From Lingula anatina (taxonomy: Eukaryota; Animalia; Brachiopoda), in contig CM120643.1 of NCBI GenBank assembly GCA_051362555.1, positions 20,278,848-20,342,847 on the forward strand: a stretch of DNA of 64,000 bases. Direction: 5' to 3'. Of the stretch, positions 36,359 through 47,900 are shown one piece after another. Both the position numbers and the translations under genes were made by a program. Position 1 is the first letter of the stretch. Every line of letters begins with the position of its first letter. The notes beneath the pieces were generated by a model. That model made no database searches. It saw only the letters and a list, made by a program, of their open reading frames with translations, and was not told the DNA's origin.

Positions 36359-37392
36359 TTATTGGCAGCACCCCAAAGGAGGCCATCCTACGTAGGATTG
36401 GGAACTAGGTTAAGTACTTCTCACAGACTTCGACTTCGTGCTTACTGCTGTCCGAGATATCAGTTAAAAGTATTTTGTCATACATTCATGCAGCAAGAGA
36501 AATCACTACTGTGTGATTAATAATAGAGTCGGATTAGAAAAAAGTTGGTAAATTATGTTGGTATAAGCAAAGAATTGGATAGGGCTATCGTTTTATTCGT
36601 CCAAGGCATGCTAGAAAAGGGTCTATCGGTACAGTTTTCATATAGAAGAATAAGATACATACATAAATTATATGCAAACAGATGAATGGATATACGATTC
36701 ATAATTGAATGATATAGACCATCAGTATAACTGACTTTCGAATTATAAACTGACAGAAAATATACAGATAAAATAAACAGCTAGATAAACAGGCCTTAAT
36801 GATTTAATAAATTAGTGACTGATGAAGATATCAATGCATCTGAACAGATGATCCAGTAGGTAAATGAAAACTTGGATGGTTCAAAAAACGAATGATTTTT
36901 CTGCACTACACGTTGCCGTCCCGATTCGCAGGGGGAGGGGGGGGGAGGGGGGTCACGCGAACATGACCTCCACCTCTGTACGACATGACCTACCACCTGT
37001 CACGTCCCAGCGCCCATCTGTCTTTGCGGTCGAAACAGGAGAATCTTATCTTCACAGCTGGTCAGATTAGGACGCTATGTCTATAAATTATGATACAGAT
37101 CAAAATTCGGACTTTTGACGGAAAAGACTTGTCCTAGCTAAGGTAAGAGAAGTTGCCGAACAGACTGTGGGCGAATTGCGATATAATTGCTGTTATGTAC
37201 ATGTACCAGTAGTCAGTACCTTTATTTGGAATATCAAATAAATAACTCAACATTTTAGCTGAAATCAGTCCGTGCGTTTTCTATATGATCAAATTGGTAA
37301 TCGGCAATAACTTCATTAAATCAACTACATATTTTTTCGGTGCGGTTCCTTAGAAACAGGTACCCGCCTTTGGAACAACACAACTGGCCAAA

Positions 37393-38129
37393 ATGAAGTT
37401 CACTTTCAACTTGGTTGCTTTAGGTAGGTCACTGTGTTTGTGGCTCTTTACCTTTAGTGCAGTCAATACCATTACTTTATATGCACGAATGTGGAAAACA
37501 CTTATCTTTGATTACAACCAATGTCATTAACAAGAACCTCACTTTTTGACTGAAAACCTTGTTGACAACAATGAGAATGGGATTTATCTTAGTAATGGAA
37601 ATGAACGTGACCCCCTGAGCTTTACATCTGACACGTAAGTGGCACCTACTTAAATTCTAGTCATCCATATCAATAAGTTTTTCCCATTTAATGTGCATAC
37701 ATGTATAAGGAGATTTGAAAATGATGAACCTGCCACAAATCTGATCTGAAACTCATGAAGTGTTTTCTACATTTTTGGCTGTTTTACCATATACTTATAT
37801 CGGTAACGTCAATGTTAGAGCGCAATTACCTTTCAGCGTTAAAGTTAGGATATGAAACCACACAAATACACATACTGTTTACTGTATATCTTTAATTTAT
37901 CTATCTAACATTTTGTCGAAATTGAAACCAATAGTTTTTAAATTTTTCAGTCGTGCTGTCAGCGGCACTGATTGAAGCTAAACCCCACAAGCGCAACATT
38001 GCGCAGTTCGGTGCCATGATTAGCATAGCTACCGGCCGCTCTCCCTTCGACTACAACAACTATGGCTGCTTTTGCGGTGTTGGCGGGCAGGGCACGCCCA
38101 TAGATGGTGTTGACAGGTTGGTCTCTCTC

Positions 38130-38187
<58 letters not shown>

Positions 38188-39328
38188 CCTGTGCATGCGT
38201 GCGTTCGTGCGTGTTAGTTCAAAGCACGATTCATTCAAGCACCCATTTGTCATTGTATTTCAATCAAATCAAATACACATTTATATATTGTTTTATAAGT
38301 TTGCATGTTGATTAATTTCAGTCTGTTTCTTTTATTAAATCATTTCTGACGAAAATGTTCAAACCACTTTAAAAGATTTCAAACAAATGAAAAATAAACA
38401 TAGTCTAGTCTTTTGGGACATTTTAGAGTGCCCCGTCATGTCCTCTTGTACATGTATTAGGCAATACTGGCGCTTAAGAGAATTAAAACGTGTAAGATGA
38501 AAAATTATTTATTTATTTCGTTTATTAAGATGCTGCCAGGCACACGATAGCTGCTACACAGCGGCGACAGCCTCCGGTTGTAATACATATCTCGATTTCT
38601 ACCATTTTACCAGCAAAGACAAAACAATCACATGCGGTGAGTAGGCACTATCTGTTATACCCCCGTCACACTTATTCGGAATCAGCAGGAACCAAAAAGA
38701 ATGAGGCTGAATGAAGCACCACATTCGGGAAAAAAGTTCAAATTGACCTTAATTCTTGTACCGTTGGAATACTCAGAATGCGCTTGAATTCGCCTGGAAT
38801 GATAAGTGCACTTTCGGCTTTATTAGCTCTCAAATGCAGTTCGAATGTAGTTGGAAAACTAGGAATATCTATAATGCTGTAAGAAGGCAGTAAGAATAGT
38901 TAGAATATACTTTGAATGGCGTACATGTACTAGTGTAGTTCGATTGCTGGCAGAATGTTTCGAATGTTGCCAGAATGCCGTGAGAATATTTTTTAAAATG
39001 CAGTCATAGTGTAGTTAGAATACTATTCAAATGCCATTCAATAATTTTCTACTTGGAATGCACTTCGAAAGTTTTTAACATTCGGGCCGACCACAAGAAT
39101 GGGTAAAAATATTTGAAATACACTCGGAATTTTCAGAATGCTCTTTGAATATCCAGGAATGCACAAAGAATTGTCTTTCCGACGGCATTCTTGCTCATTC
39201 TGCCTCTAGTGTGACGTGGGTATAATACAGAAATCTCCGTTAATCTTTTTTCTTTTTGCACTAAGTTTGTGGTACAAGTGGAATGAGCAACGGGATGGAG
39301 AATGTAATTAACTATTTAATTATGTGAC

Positions 39329-39383
<55 letters not shown>

Positions 39384-39663
39384 GCGTGGAAGCATAACTG
39401 TTCTGGAGTTGACATATACTCCCTGATACAGAATCGCCCACGGCAAAGTATTCACAGATGCATGCGTGCCATAATGACTTAAACGGATCAGATATACTTT
39501 CACAAGACAAAATAAGTTTTTATTTATTAATTCATTTTTTACGGCATTTCCAGATTCCAGTCAAAATGACGCGTGTGAACAGAGTATCTGTAACTGTGAC
39601 AAGGTGGCTGTGGAATGCTTCGCCAAGAACACTTACCGTAAAAAGAACAAGGGAAAGTGCTAG
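37393..39663 (+). CDS. Secreted phospholipase A2 paralogue 3
   Basis: Exons 37393-37423, 37951-38116, 38530-38636 and 39554-39663 give [34 protein letters not shown]...[27 protein letters not shown]...[12 protein letters not shown]...KGKC*. A probable non-coding exon ends at 37142, and AATAAA lies near 39856. Confidence 0.93.
38658..39222. mobile_element. MITE with internal GAATG/CATTC repeats in PLA2-3 intron 3
   Basis: TIR TACCCCCGTCACACT / AGTGTGACGTGGGTA flanked by TTA and TAA. Confidence 0.72.
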
Positions 39664-40324
39664 GCGGCACCCACTACTAACGAATGATAGAATAGTGGAA
39701 ACTAGAACCATTATTCTAACTGCCCAGCTAGACATTTGAAGCATTTCCAAAAGTGGTTTTTTAAACAACACGATTGAAAATTAAAATAACGAAACTTACT
39801 TTTTTCTTAGTAAAAAAAACAAACAACCTGTATGTATCATTCAGTTTCGCCACAAAATAAATCACTATACAGACAATGCTACGTTTTTGTTTGTAGAATG
39901 CCGATTTGAAATTACGGGTTTGCGCTACTTACTATCAACTCCATACTTAAATTGACGTGCACAGTGACATTTGGTTCATTTTTCTTTTTATACGAGGGAA
40001 ATACTTTTTTCCAACTTCTTATTGCCAAAATCACTTCACATTTTGCTCGATGGTCAGTTTTGTCACTTTTACCAAAATACGTAATAAACACTTTCATTTT
40101 TTTCTACTTCTACAGGACTTTTTAGTTTTATCTAACACTTTGATCACTAACCCTTACACGGGCTACACCGTTTGTTAGGATTGTCGGCCAGCAGATGGCG
40201 TATGGAGGTAAGCAGTGCCGCATAACTCTCCAAGACACTATTTCATTTTAAGAAACCACATTAACAGCCGTCTAAAGTAATAATTTATTGTTCATTTATT
40301 TATTTATTTATTTCGTTTATTAAG

Positions 40325-40431
40325 ATGCTACCAGGCACGCGATAGCTGCTACACAGCGGCGACAGCCTCCGGTTGTAATACATGTCTCGATTTCTACCAT
40401 TTTACCAGCAAAGACAAAACAATCACGTGCG
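40325..40431 (+). pseudogene. Orphan duplicate of the PLA2-3 catalytic exon
   Basis: 107-nt copy of 38530-38636 with flanking intron sequence (~40300-40471). It has four substitutions: TGC>TAC, CAC>CGC, TAT>TGT and ACA>ACG. Confidence 0.9.
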
Positions 40432-41284
40432 GTGAGTAGGCACTATCTATTATACCCCCGTCACACTTATTTCGCTAAACGAAACACTTTCACTTTTGTG
40501 AACTCTCTTAACAAGAATGCATGATCTATGCAAACTAAAACGTGATGCATTAAAATGATGTATGCTAAAATCCACAAAGAAACCATTAGAACCTGCTTGC
40601 TGTACTTCTGAAAATTTGATTAAATATCACATCAGAGCTGATTCTTTCACCGGATATAGTTTTTTGAGTTTTACTGAAAGTCGCACATTGTTATGTCAAG
40701 TGAAAATAAAATTTTGACACCAACCAAATCAATGACCTAAGAAGATTCACTGTCCAAAATCTAGGTCATCTCTATAATCTAAGCAGAGCTGAGCACCAGC
40801 TACTTCATTTTTAAACTTCTGCATGTGCATGCTTCATGAGCTCAGATATTCAGCAACAAGTTTGTCACCATAGTCAGGCCAATTAGCCACAGTGTCACAA
40901 GTGTCACAGTGTCACCCATCTTCCATTGTATCAAAGATGTCATCTTGTCAACAATGTCGCTCTAATTTGCCATTTTGTCACCGGTCTATTTTTTCACCAA
41001 TATTACTTTATACTGTCAATATGTCAAATACACGAGTGAAAGTTTTCAGGATTATGCCCGGTTGCAGGATTTTCAGTCTTCATTTTGATCATTCTTTTTC
41101 AAATGGTCTAAATGCAATCAGAAATTGCAAACTACGCTTTCAGAATTTTCAGTATTTACAACTTTCACCCACGCAAATATGTCACACTGTCACCAATGTC
41201 ACTTAACGCTGCCCAAGTATATCACTGTTATCATCTTGTCACCTAAGGCAACCATGTTGTCACAGTGTCACCCATGACACCTCC

Positions 41285-43600
41285 TCACTCTGATGATGTC
41301 TTGTTTGATGACAGGCACTGGTTGACAACTTCTAACAGGTGGCTGTTTTCTAAGGCTGCTGCAACACGTTCTTTGTCTGCCAGCTGCTTGTTCACTGGAA
41401 AAAGTTCATATTATTATGCCATAATACATATAAACCATTATAATAATCAAGGGTTAAACCATGTAAACTCTGGATAAGTTACAAGAGTATATGTAGTGAA
41501 AGTTACAGTGCTTTTAAATTTGTATCCTCAGTTAAGTGAGTTTTAATGCCTTAGGATTTATTTAATCAATCTCAATAAAAAATTAACATCAGTTTAAATT
41601 AAATCTTAGTTACTCTTTTTTTTTTTTTTTTTTGCTGTGTAGTAATGGTGACATCATTGAAGCATATTAACTTGACACTGAGCCAGATCTGTATGACTTT
41701 TGTACTTGGGCAGTGGTAGAGGATTTGAGGTACCAAAAATTATCTAACATGAGAAGGGTTTGCAATAATCTTTTCCCTCAACTGGTATACTAGATTTTTA
41801 CAGTCAATATAATTCTTCATTCTTTTATTTTCTATTTGAAAGACAACACACCTGCTTCCTCTGAGGCATGGGTCCCTGGGGTGATTCTAACATCTACCTA
41901 AAATATATATATTTAATATTGACCAACTGATTATCCCCTTATGAAAATCACACATTTATTAGCTTTTTTTCTATTCCTTATTTTTAAACTCTTTCTATAT
42001 CTAGCCTTTATAGTAAGGCATATGTCTTCACTGACTTAACATGTTGTATTGTTTTTGTATGGTAGTTAAAGGATCTACAATTTCAAGCAAGCAAAACATA
42101 ACCTGATAATTTTATGAAGCTTACTGACAATCACTCCGTTTTAAACACTCTAAACTCAAAATAACCTCAGCTATATTTGCTGAAGCAGAAAAAATACAGT
42201 AACTATATTTTCTGGCATTTCCCACATTTCAACTCTGCTAAAAGACACATACATATACATGTACACACACACAAACACACACACACACACACACACACAG
42301 GAATATGAACGCAGGCCACCTGTAAACAACAGAATGGTCCCTTTCACTTATTTTTCCATCCATTATTTTTTTTTACCTTAAACCTGTTGGGTAAAGACCT
42401 GAGTAACTTCACTCTTATGGACAGTCCTATCAGCGTGGCCATACTACAGTGAGGTATGGTGGGAGTGAAGTCCACCATCACACGGTTTTGTGCATTGTCC
42501 ACCTGCAAAGAAAAAATAATTTGCTGACATCGACTTTCTTCTCTTCACAGGCAAATGAGACGGGAGGGCTCCAAGTACCGCCCCTCCCCCTCCAAACACA
42601 CATACTGTACTCACACATGCTCTTTTATGCCAATAACTGGCTACAAATCATCCACTTATCTGGGAGATATGAAAAAATTTATGCAACTTTAGTGAGAGAT
42701 TAACATCAGGGAAATAAAACAAAATTCATATTTCACCTTTTTAATTAGTGAGAGATTTATGTCATGGAAAAATAAAATTAATTTTAGTGTGAGATTAAAA
42801 TAATCAAAGTCATATACTCACATGTACACGAGAATTCTCTACCACATTTAACTCCTCCAGGGACAGTGGGTGCTCCGGATCATTGATGTTACGGATAAGA
42901 TGTGGTGACAGTTAAAGAAACATTTAAATATAAAAATAATAATAATTCATTCTGATCTTATTGACATAGACTAGTACGATACATTTGTAGGCTTTTCAAT
43001 ACAGTACATGTATATGTAGTGTATATGGACAAAACAAATACACATACTTCATGCAAAGTGTCTCATACAACTTCTTGCTACTAGCTGTAGTAGCAGTACT
43101 GTATATGTACATGTATATGTATGTACTACCACTGTGAAGTTTTTAACATACATGTAGTGTATGAAAAGCTCACTTTGATCAAACATGCCACGTAGCAATA
43201 TTTTAGGTAAGAATTTGGTTTATAAGATAATTATCGAAAGGGTTTCTGATGTCAGTTATTAGTACTCCATGGCCAAACTATGATATTCTGTGTGAAAAGG
43301 GACATAATAAAAAGTGTTATAAATATGCTGTTCTGTGGTAAACCAAGATTTCTCTTTCGATCTAGAAAGCAGTGTAACATGCCGTGGGTGAAGAGTTTGC
43401 AAGATTGTCGGAAAGCTGAAGGAGTATTTAAGCTATCCTCAACACCTACCCTAAACGTAGAACACTTAAAATGAAAGGATATCAAATATTTCTCTGCCGT
43501 CTATCTCGTCCACAACATCGTCGTCTTCTTCGGCATGAGTTATCTCGCGCGCACTCGCTTTCTGGTGAATTTCTGGATTCACATTCTCAAGAATCGGCAT
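41285..43600 (-). CDS. CIAO2B: Cytosolic iron-sulfur assembly component 2B (FAM96B/MIP18)
   Basis: Exons 43600-43483, 42901-42822, 42502-42377, 41897-41852 and 41394-41285 give [14 protein letters not shown]...[27 protein letters not shown]...[74 protein letters not shown]...*. Confidence 0.96.
42902..43482 (-). other. U12-type AT-AC intron (CIAO2B intron 1)
   Basis: 5' site ATATCCTTT, branch point TTCTTTAAC 9 nt from the 3' end, and terminal AC. Splicing restores the conserved EIFDLIR. Confidence 0.93.
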
Positions 43601-43751
43601 TTTTTCTAGGAATAACTCCTTGAGGGTGTCTTAATACCTTACATATGAGCAGCAAGAGCAAATTTAAAGACTAGTTATCATCCACTAGATTTCCGTCAGC
43701 CATCAAGGAGAGGGCATTGATTGATAACTAAATACAACTCATGTCAGATTT

Positions 43752-43763
43752 AAAAATGGCGGC
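43752..43763 (+). promoter_or_regulatory. YY1-like motif upstream of CIAO2B
   Basis: AAAATGGCGGC ~150 bp upstream of the start codon. This motif is typical of housekeeping promoters; function here is inferred only. Confidence 0.4.
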
Positions 43764-44093
43764 GATATGTCATTTCAGGCCAAATATGGTGTCAGGTGTC
43801 ATGTCAAGCCAGAGACTTAAGCATTTTCCAGTCTCAATTTCAGCAGAAAGCTGCACACGACTTATTTTTAGCAATGCTTTTGATATAATTTTCTAGCCGT
43901 TATTAGGTGGACTATAGTCTATCTATCACGTAATGATACATAAATGTGTTACGCCATGCGCGAAAGATACAGGGGTTATTAAGTCCCTTTTCACGTCTAG
44001 CGGTACAGTTTTTTGCATCAGAGATCGAGCTTAAGAGGTACACTGTAGCCTGCGTAATAATAATACGTTGACACTGGTCAGGCTGGTGCGATA

Positions 44094-44264
44094 CAGGGGC
44101 CGATTTAGGCCGTCTTGTGGGTCTTCCAGAAGACAGTCATGCAGATTTTCAAGTTTACATTAACAGGTATCTAATTTTTCTGTTGGAAGACGGTCAAATT
44201 TGGAGGATGGATCAACAAAAATAAACAAGAAGCCTGTCAGGAAATAGCTCTGGATCCGACCCTG
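44094..44264. mobile_element. Second copy of the CAGGGG...CCCTG element
   Basis: Homologous to 3106-3378 and flanked by CGATA on both sides. Confidence 0.65.
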
Positions 44265-44804
44265 CGATACAGAAAAATGTACCGCTCGATGTAAGGGGGG
44301 GGGGGGGGGAGGCTGCCGACATAGGCCTACACATGTACTAATGTAGGGCCTATCCTAGGAACTTTTCCCAACCAAGTACAGTAAGTGTGATCAACACCAG
44401 TCGTGGCAATAGTGAGTGCTGTGGACCGAATTGAAGGGTTCTCCCGACCTCTTCTTTCCATATGTTGAAGGGATTAAAACTCTCTGACAAACATTATGCC
44501 GGAATAATGACAAGAAAAGCCTTGCCTGAGCTCCTGCGTGACACGAGGTACGCTAGTTTTTTTTTTATGATTCAAATTTTATTCCTGATATGTACAATAA
44601 CACCGTCAAATGTGAGAAGATGCACAATGAAAAGATGTCAAAGCAGTCATTTTGATCTGTGCATTTGAAATATATAAATATGCATTGGATTTTACCGTAC
44701 TGGTAGATTTCACCACACTGTCGAAAAGTACATGTACAGCACCATGCAGCTACTGCAAAAATAAGTGAGGGTCCTGCCGGTAGTACTTAAGTACTACTTA
44801 GTAT

Positions 44805-44977
44805 CAGGCGCGTAGCCAGCAATTGCAAAAGGGGGGTTCTTTTTCTGAAAAAGAGGACCTTTTTCCATAAAAATAAAACTTCATGTACCTAGATCAAAGT
44901 TTACCAAGAGTGGACCTTTTCCCAGCAAAAGGGGCGGTTCTTTCGAACCCCCCGAACCCCCCCTGGCTACGGGCCTG
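44805..44977. mobile_element. MITE with CAGGCGCGTAGCCAG TIRs
   Basis: CAGGCGCGTAGCCAG / CTGGCTACGGGCCTG with GTAT on both flanks. Confidence 0.7.
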
Positions 44978-47900
44978 GTATGCTACTACTTAAGTACTAC
45001 TACATAACTGCATTCATACATGTACCACATGTAGGCCTACGTGTGCATGCACAGTATTTCTAGCCAATCATCACATCCGCCAACGCAAAGAACCAGGCTA
45101 TGTTGTATGCGATAATGCGTTTGTTTGTGGACAATATATTTAAAGGAGTTTTCAGGATGTGCATTGTACATGTGCACTTATTCAGGAGGGAAAGGAGTGA
45201 TAAAAATTCAACTAAATCCTAGTTTCCTAATTAAAAATATGTTTTGCTTTCTTTTCTTAGAGGAAAGCTGCGCGCTTCGTGTGCAATTAGCCTCTGCTTG
45301 TATTGTGCTTCTGGTTGCGGCGGTCCCATCCGTCGCATCTAAGGAAACATAATGTTGAGTTTTAAATTAGTGCTCAGTGTCCCTCCATCTTTCACTATGC
45401 ATATTATCTACAGTTACTACACGTACGTGTATGTTCGTATAACTGATAGCAATAGAAAACGCCTTAAGGTATCCGAAATACTCAACTACCTTAACGGAGA
45501 AATATGGAATTGATACTTCTCTATTTATCTTTTATTGATGAAGAAAAGGCATGATTACTTTTCTTTGCCGTATAAAGTCAATCAAACTTTGAATTAATGA
45601 ACAAGCAAAGTATCGATTTTATACAAGTTCCCTTGTTGCCTGTTGCAAAACACGTAAATATCAAATTAAGACGGTACTGTTCAGTGTTAGCATTCTATAA
45701 GTAGCGTGCACAACTTAAAAGATGCCAGATTAATCATTCATTTTGAAGAATGATTTCGTAGTGTCTTCTTATTTGATTAGAACTAAATGGATCATTACCT
45801 AAATCAGATTTAATCACATTTCTGTAGATTGATTGCGTTCATTGCACTGCCACTTAAGTAACATTACACTACGATATCGATATTCAATACAGAGCGTCAA
45901 TTACATCGAAAATCCCGTCCACAAACCACATTTTGTATCGGTCTCGTCCTGAGCCCATGGCCAGACTGAACAGGTACGACTGTCTAAATTCGAAGTCGGA
46001 AGCCATTTTAATCCGATCATCAAACATAGTGCATCTCTCAGATTTGTGCTTCGGAGTATGCTGTCCAAATTCAACGCCATTTTATTAACAGAAAATGAAA
46101 CTGCCTTAGCGCATTTTGAAACATATTGGCCCCGAGCTTAGACTGAGTCGTGTGCTTGTTCACGTGAACGTTCCCGATGGAGAGAAGTTCATTAACCGCT
46201 CACTGTTACAAACGTGGCTTTCAAGGTGTCTTTCAATCGGAGAGATTAAAGCTCCGTTGTCCACTTAAACGTAACGACTTCATAACTAATCACGTCATGC
46301 GTACTTAGATATAATTTTGCAATTTTACACAACGAACTTTGATCATTCATCCTGTTCCGTACGATTAATGGTGTAGTGGAAGATAAAAACAAATTCTCTT
46401 GTTTCAAAATTTAGGCGTGGTACAATGCAAGTCAGCTGGTGGCCATAAAGAATATATATATCATCCCGAAGAGAAGCCTGCTCGATAGTGATAACTTAAT
46501 TGCAATTGAAAAAAATTGCAACGTGGCTAGAGGTTGCAAACGTTTACGGAAAATACTGCAATCAGTTTTACATTAAGGGCTCCTCTCCCAAAATATCACC
46601 TACTTGACTTTAGGAGGAGAGAAGAAACAGTAATGTAATTGGTTAATGGTATTTAAGAAAGATAAATCGTTTAAGCAACCAATAAATATTTTCTTGTCCC
46701 TTGACTTGTGTTTCAAAATATATTAGTATTAAGGCCGCGTTTTAGTTAGCTCCAAGCTTCCACTGGGACTGCTAATGACTACAGTTGTAGGAAAGCAAGT
46801 CGACTTTTAAAAATAAGCTCATGAGCTTCATAAATTTCGTCAGTTGAGTCAGAAAAAATCCTTTCCCGGTTGCTTCATAAGTGGGTTGTTTTCATTCGTT
46901 AGGTTTTTTCTCAAGGAGAACGTATCTTAAAAGAAAAAAATTAAGAAACCAGCGTCAGTGATGATGAAATACATTGTACCTATTGGTTCACATCGGGTTT
47001 ATGTAAACACTCATTTCATACATGTAACTAATGAGATAATTACGTCAACAAACGCAAATTACTATTATAAGTTCCAACCTTCGAAGCAAAAAAGTTATCA
47101 GCAATGATAAAGAATTAAAAAATCTTTATCAGCTCATCAGTTCTGCATTAGAAGGTACAGATACAAGTTTCGCACATAAGAATCATCCGTAATGTATTTC
47201 AGAGTCTTGGGGGTGGGTGGGGGGTGGGTGGGTTATTTCCATTTGGGGAACGGAGCGTGTCCTGCAAGCTGGTTAAATATTTTGTTGAAAAATATATCCG
47301 ACTGATAAAAGATAAAATGGACAACTGTCCTTACCTGGGAGGCACGTGTGTTGTATATTAGGCAGAATTCGAGTAAAAAATACGTGTTTTTCTCTTTAGT
47401 CTATTTCATGAAATATTGAAAATTGCGATTCGTCCACCCTGGCAAAGCAATATTTATATGAAGCGTTTGAAGATAATTAAAAGCCCCTAGACTGTTGACT
47501 AAAAAGTGTGTCGTTTTAAAAGGAATGTGATTATTTCTGCAAGCAGTATACCGAATCGATTGAGATCATGTCAAACAAAGACAAAAGATACTTTGTTATT
47601 CAGGTTCAAAAACGTCAAATTAAATCAGTCTCAGACTGTCTCGTGTCTTGTGAATACATATAGTTTACTGAAACGCAATTGCAATTCTTAATTATGTCCA
47701 TCAAAGGTTTACCGTAAAACCGAATGAACAATACTTCCCAAACAAATATATTTGTTTCTAAATTCACAGATTACTCAGTTGCGGATGCAATAAGGCGCGT
47801 TTTTAATCTTATCAATTAATGATATCACTGATGAAAGGCCTGCATGAAAACGGACCATTTTATTGAGCTCCTTTTATGATCATTATCAATCATTTAATCA

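Noticed and set aside
43756-43896. Possible divergent gene starting at AAAATGGCGGCG
   Set aside because: The frame closes after 46 codons with no recognisable product or good donor. It is better read as a promoter motif.
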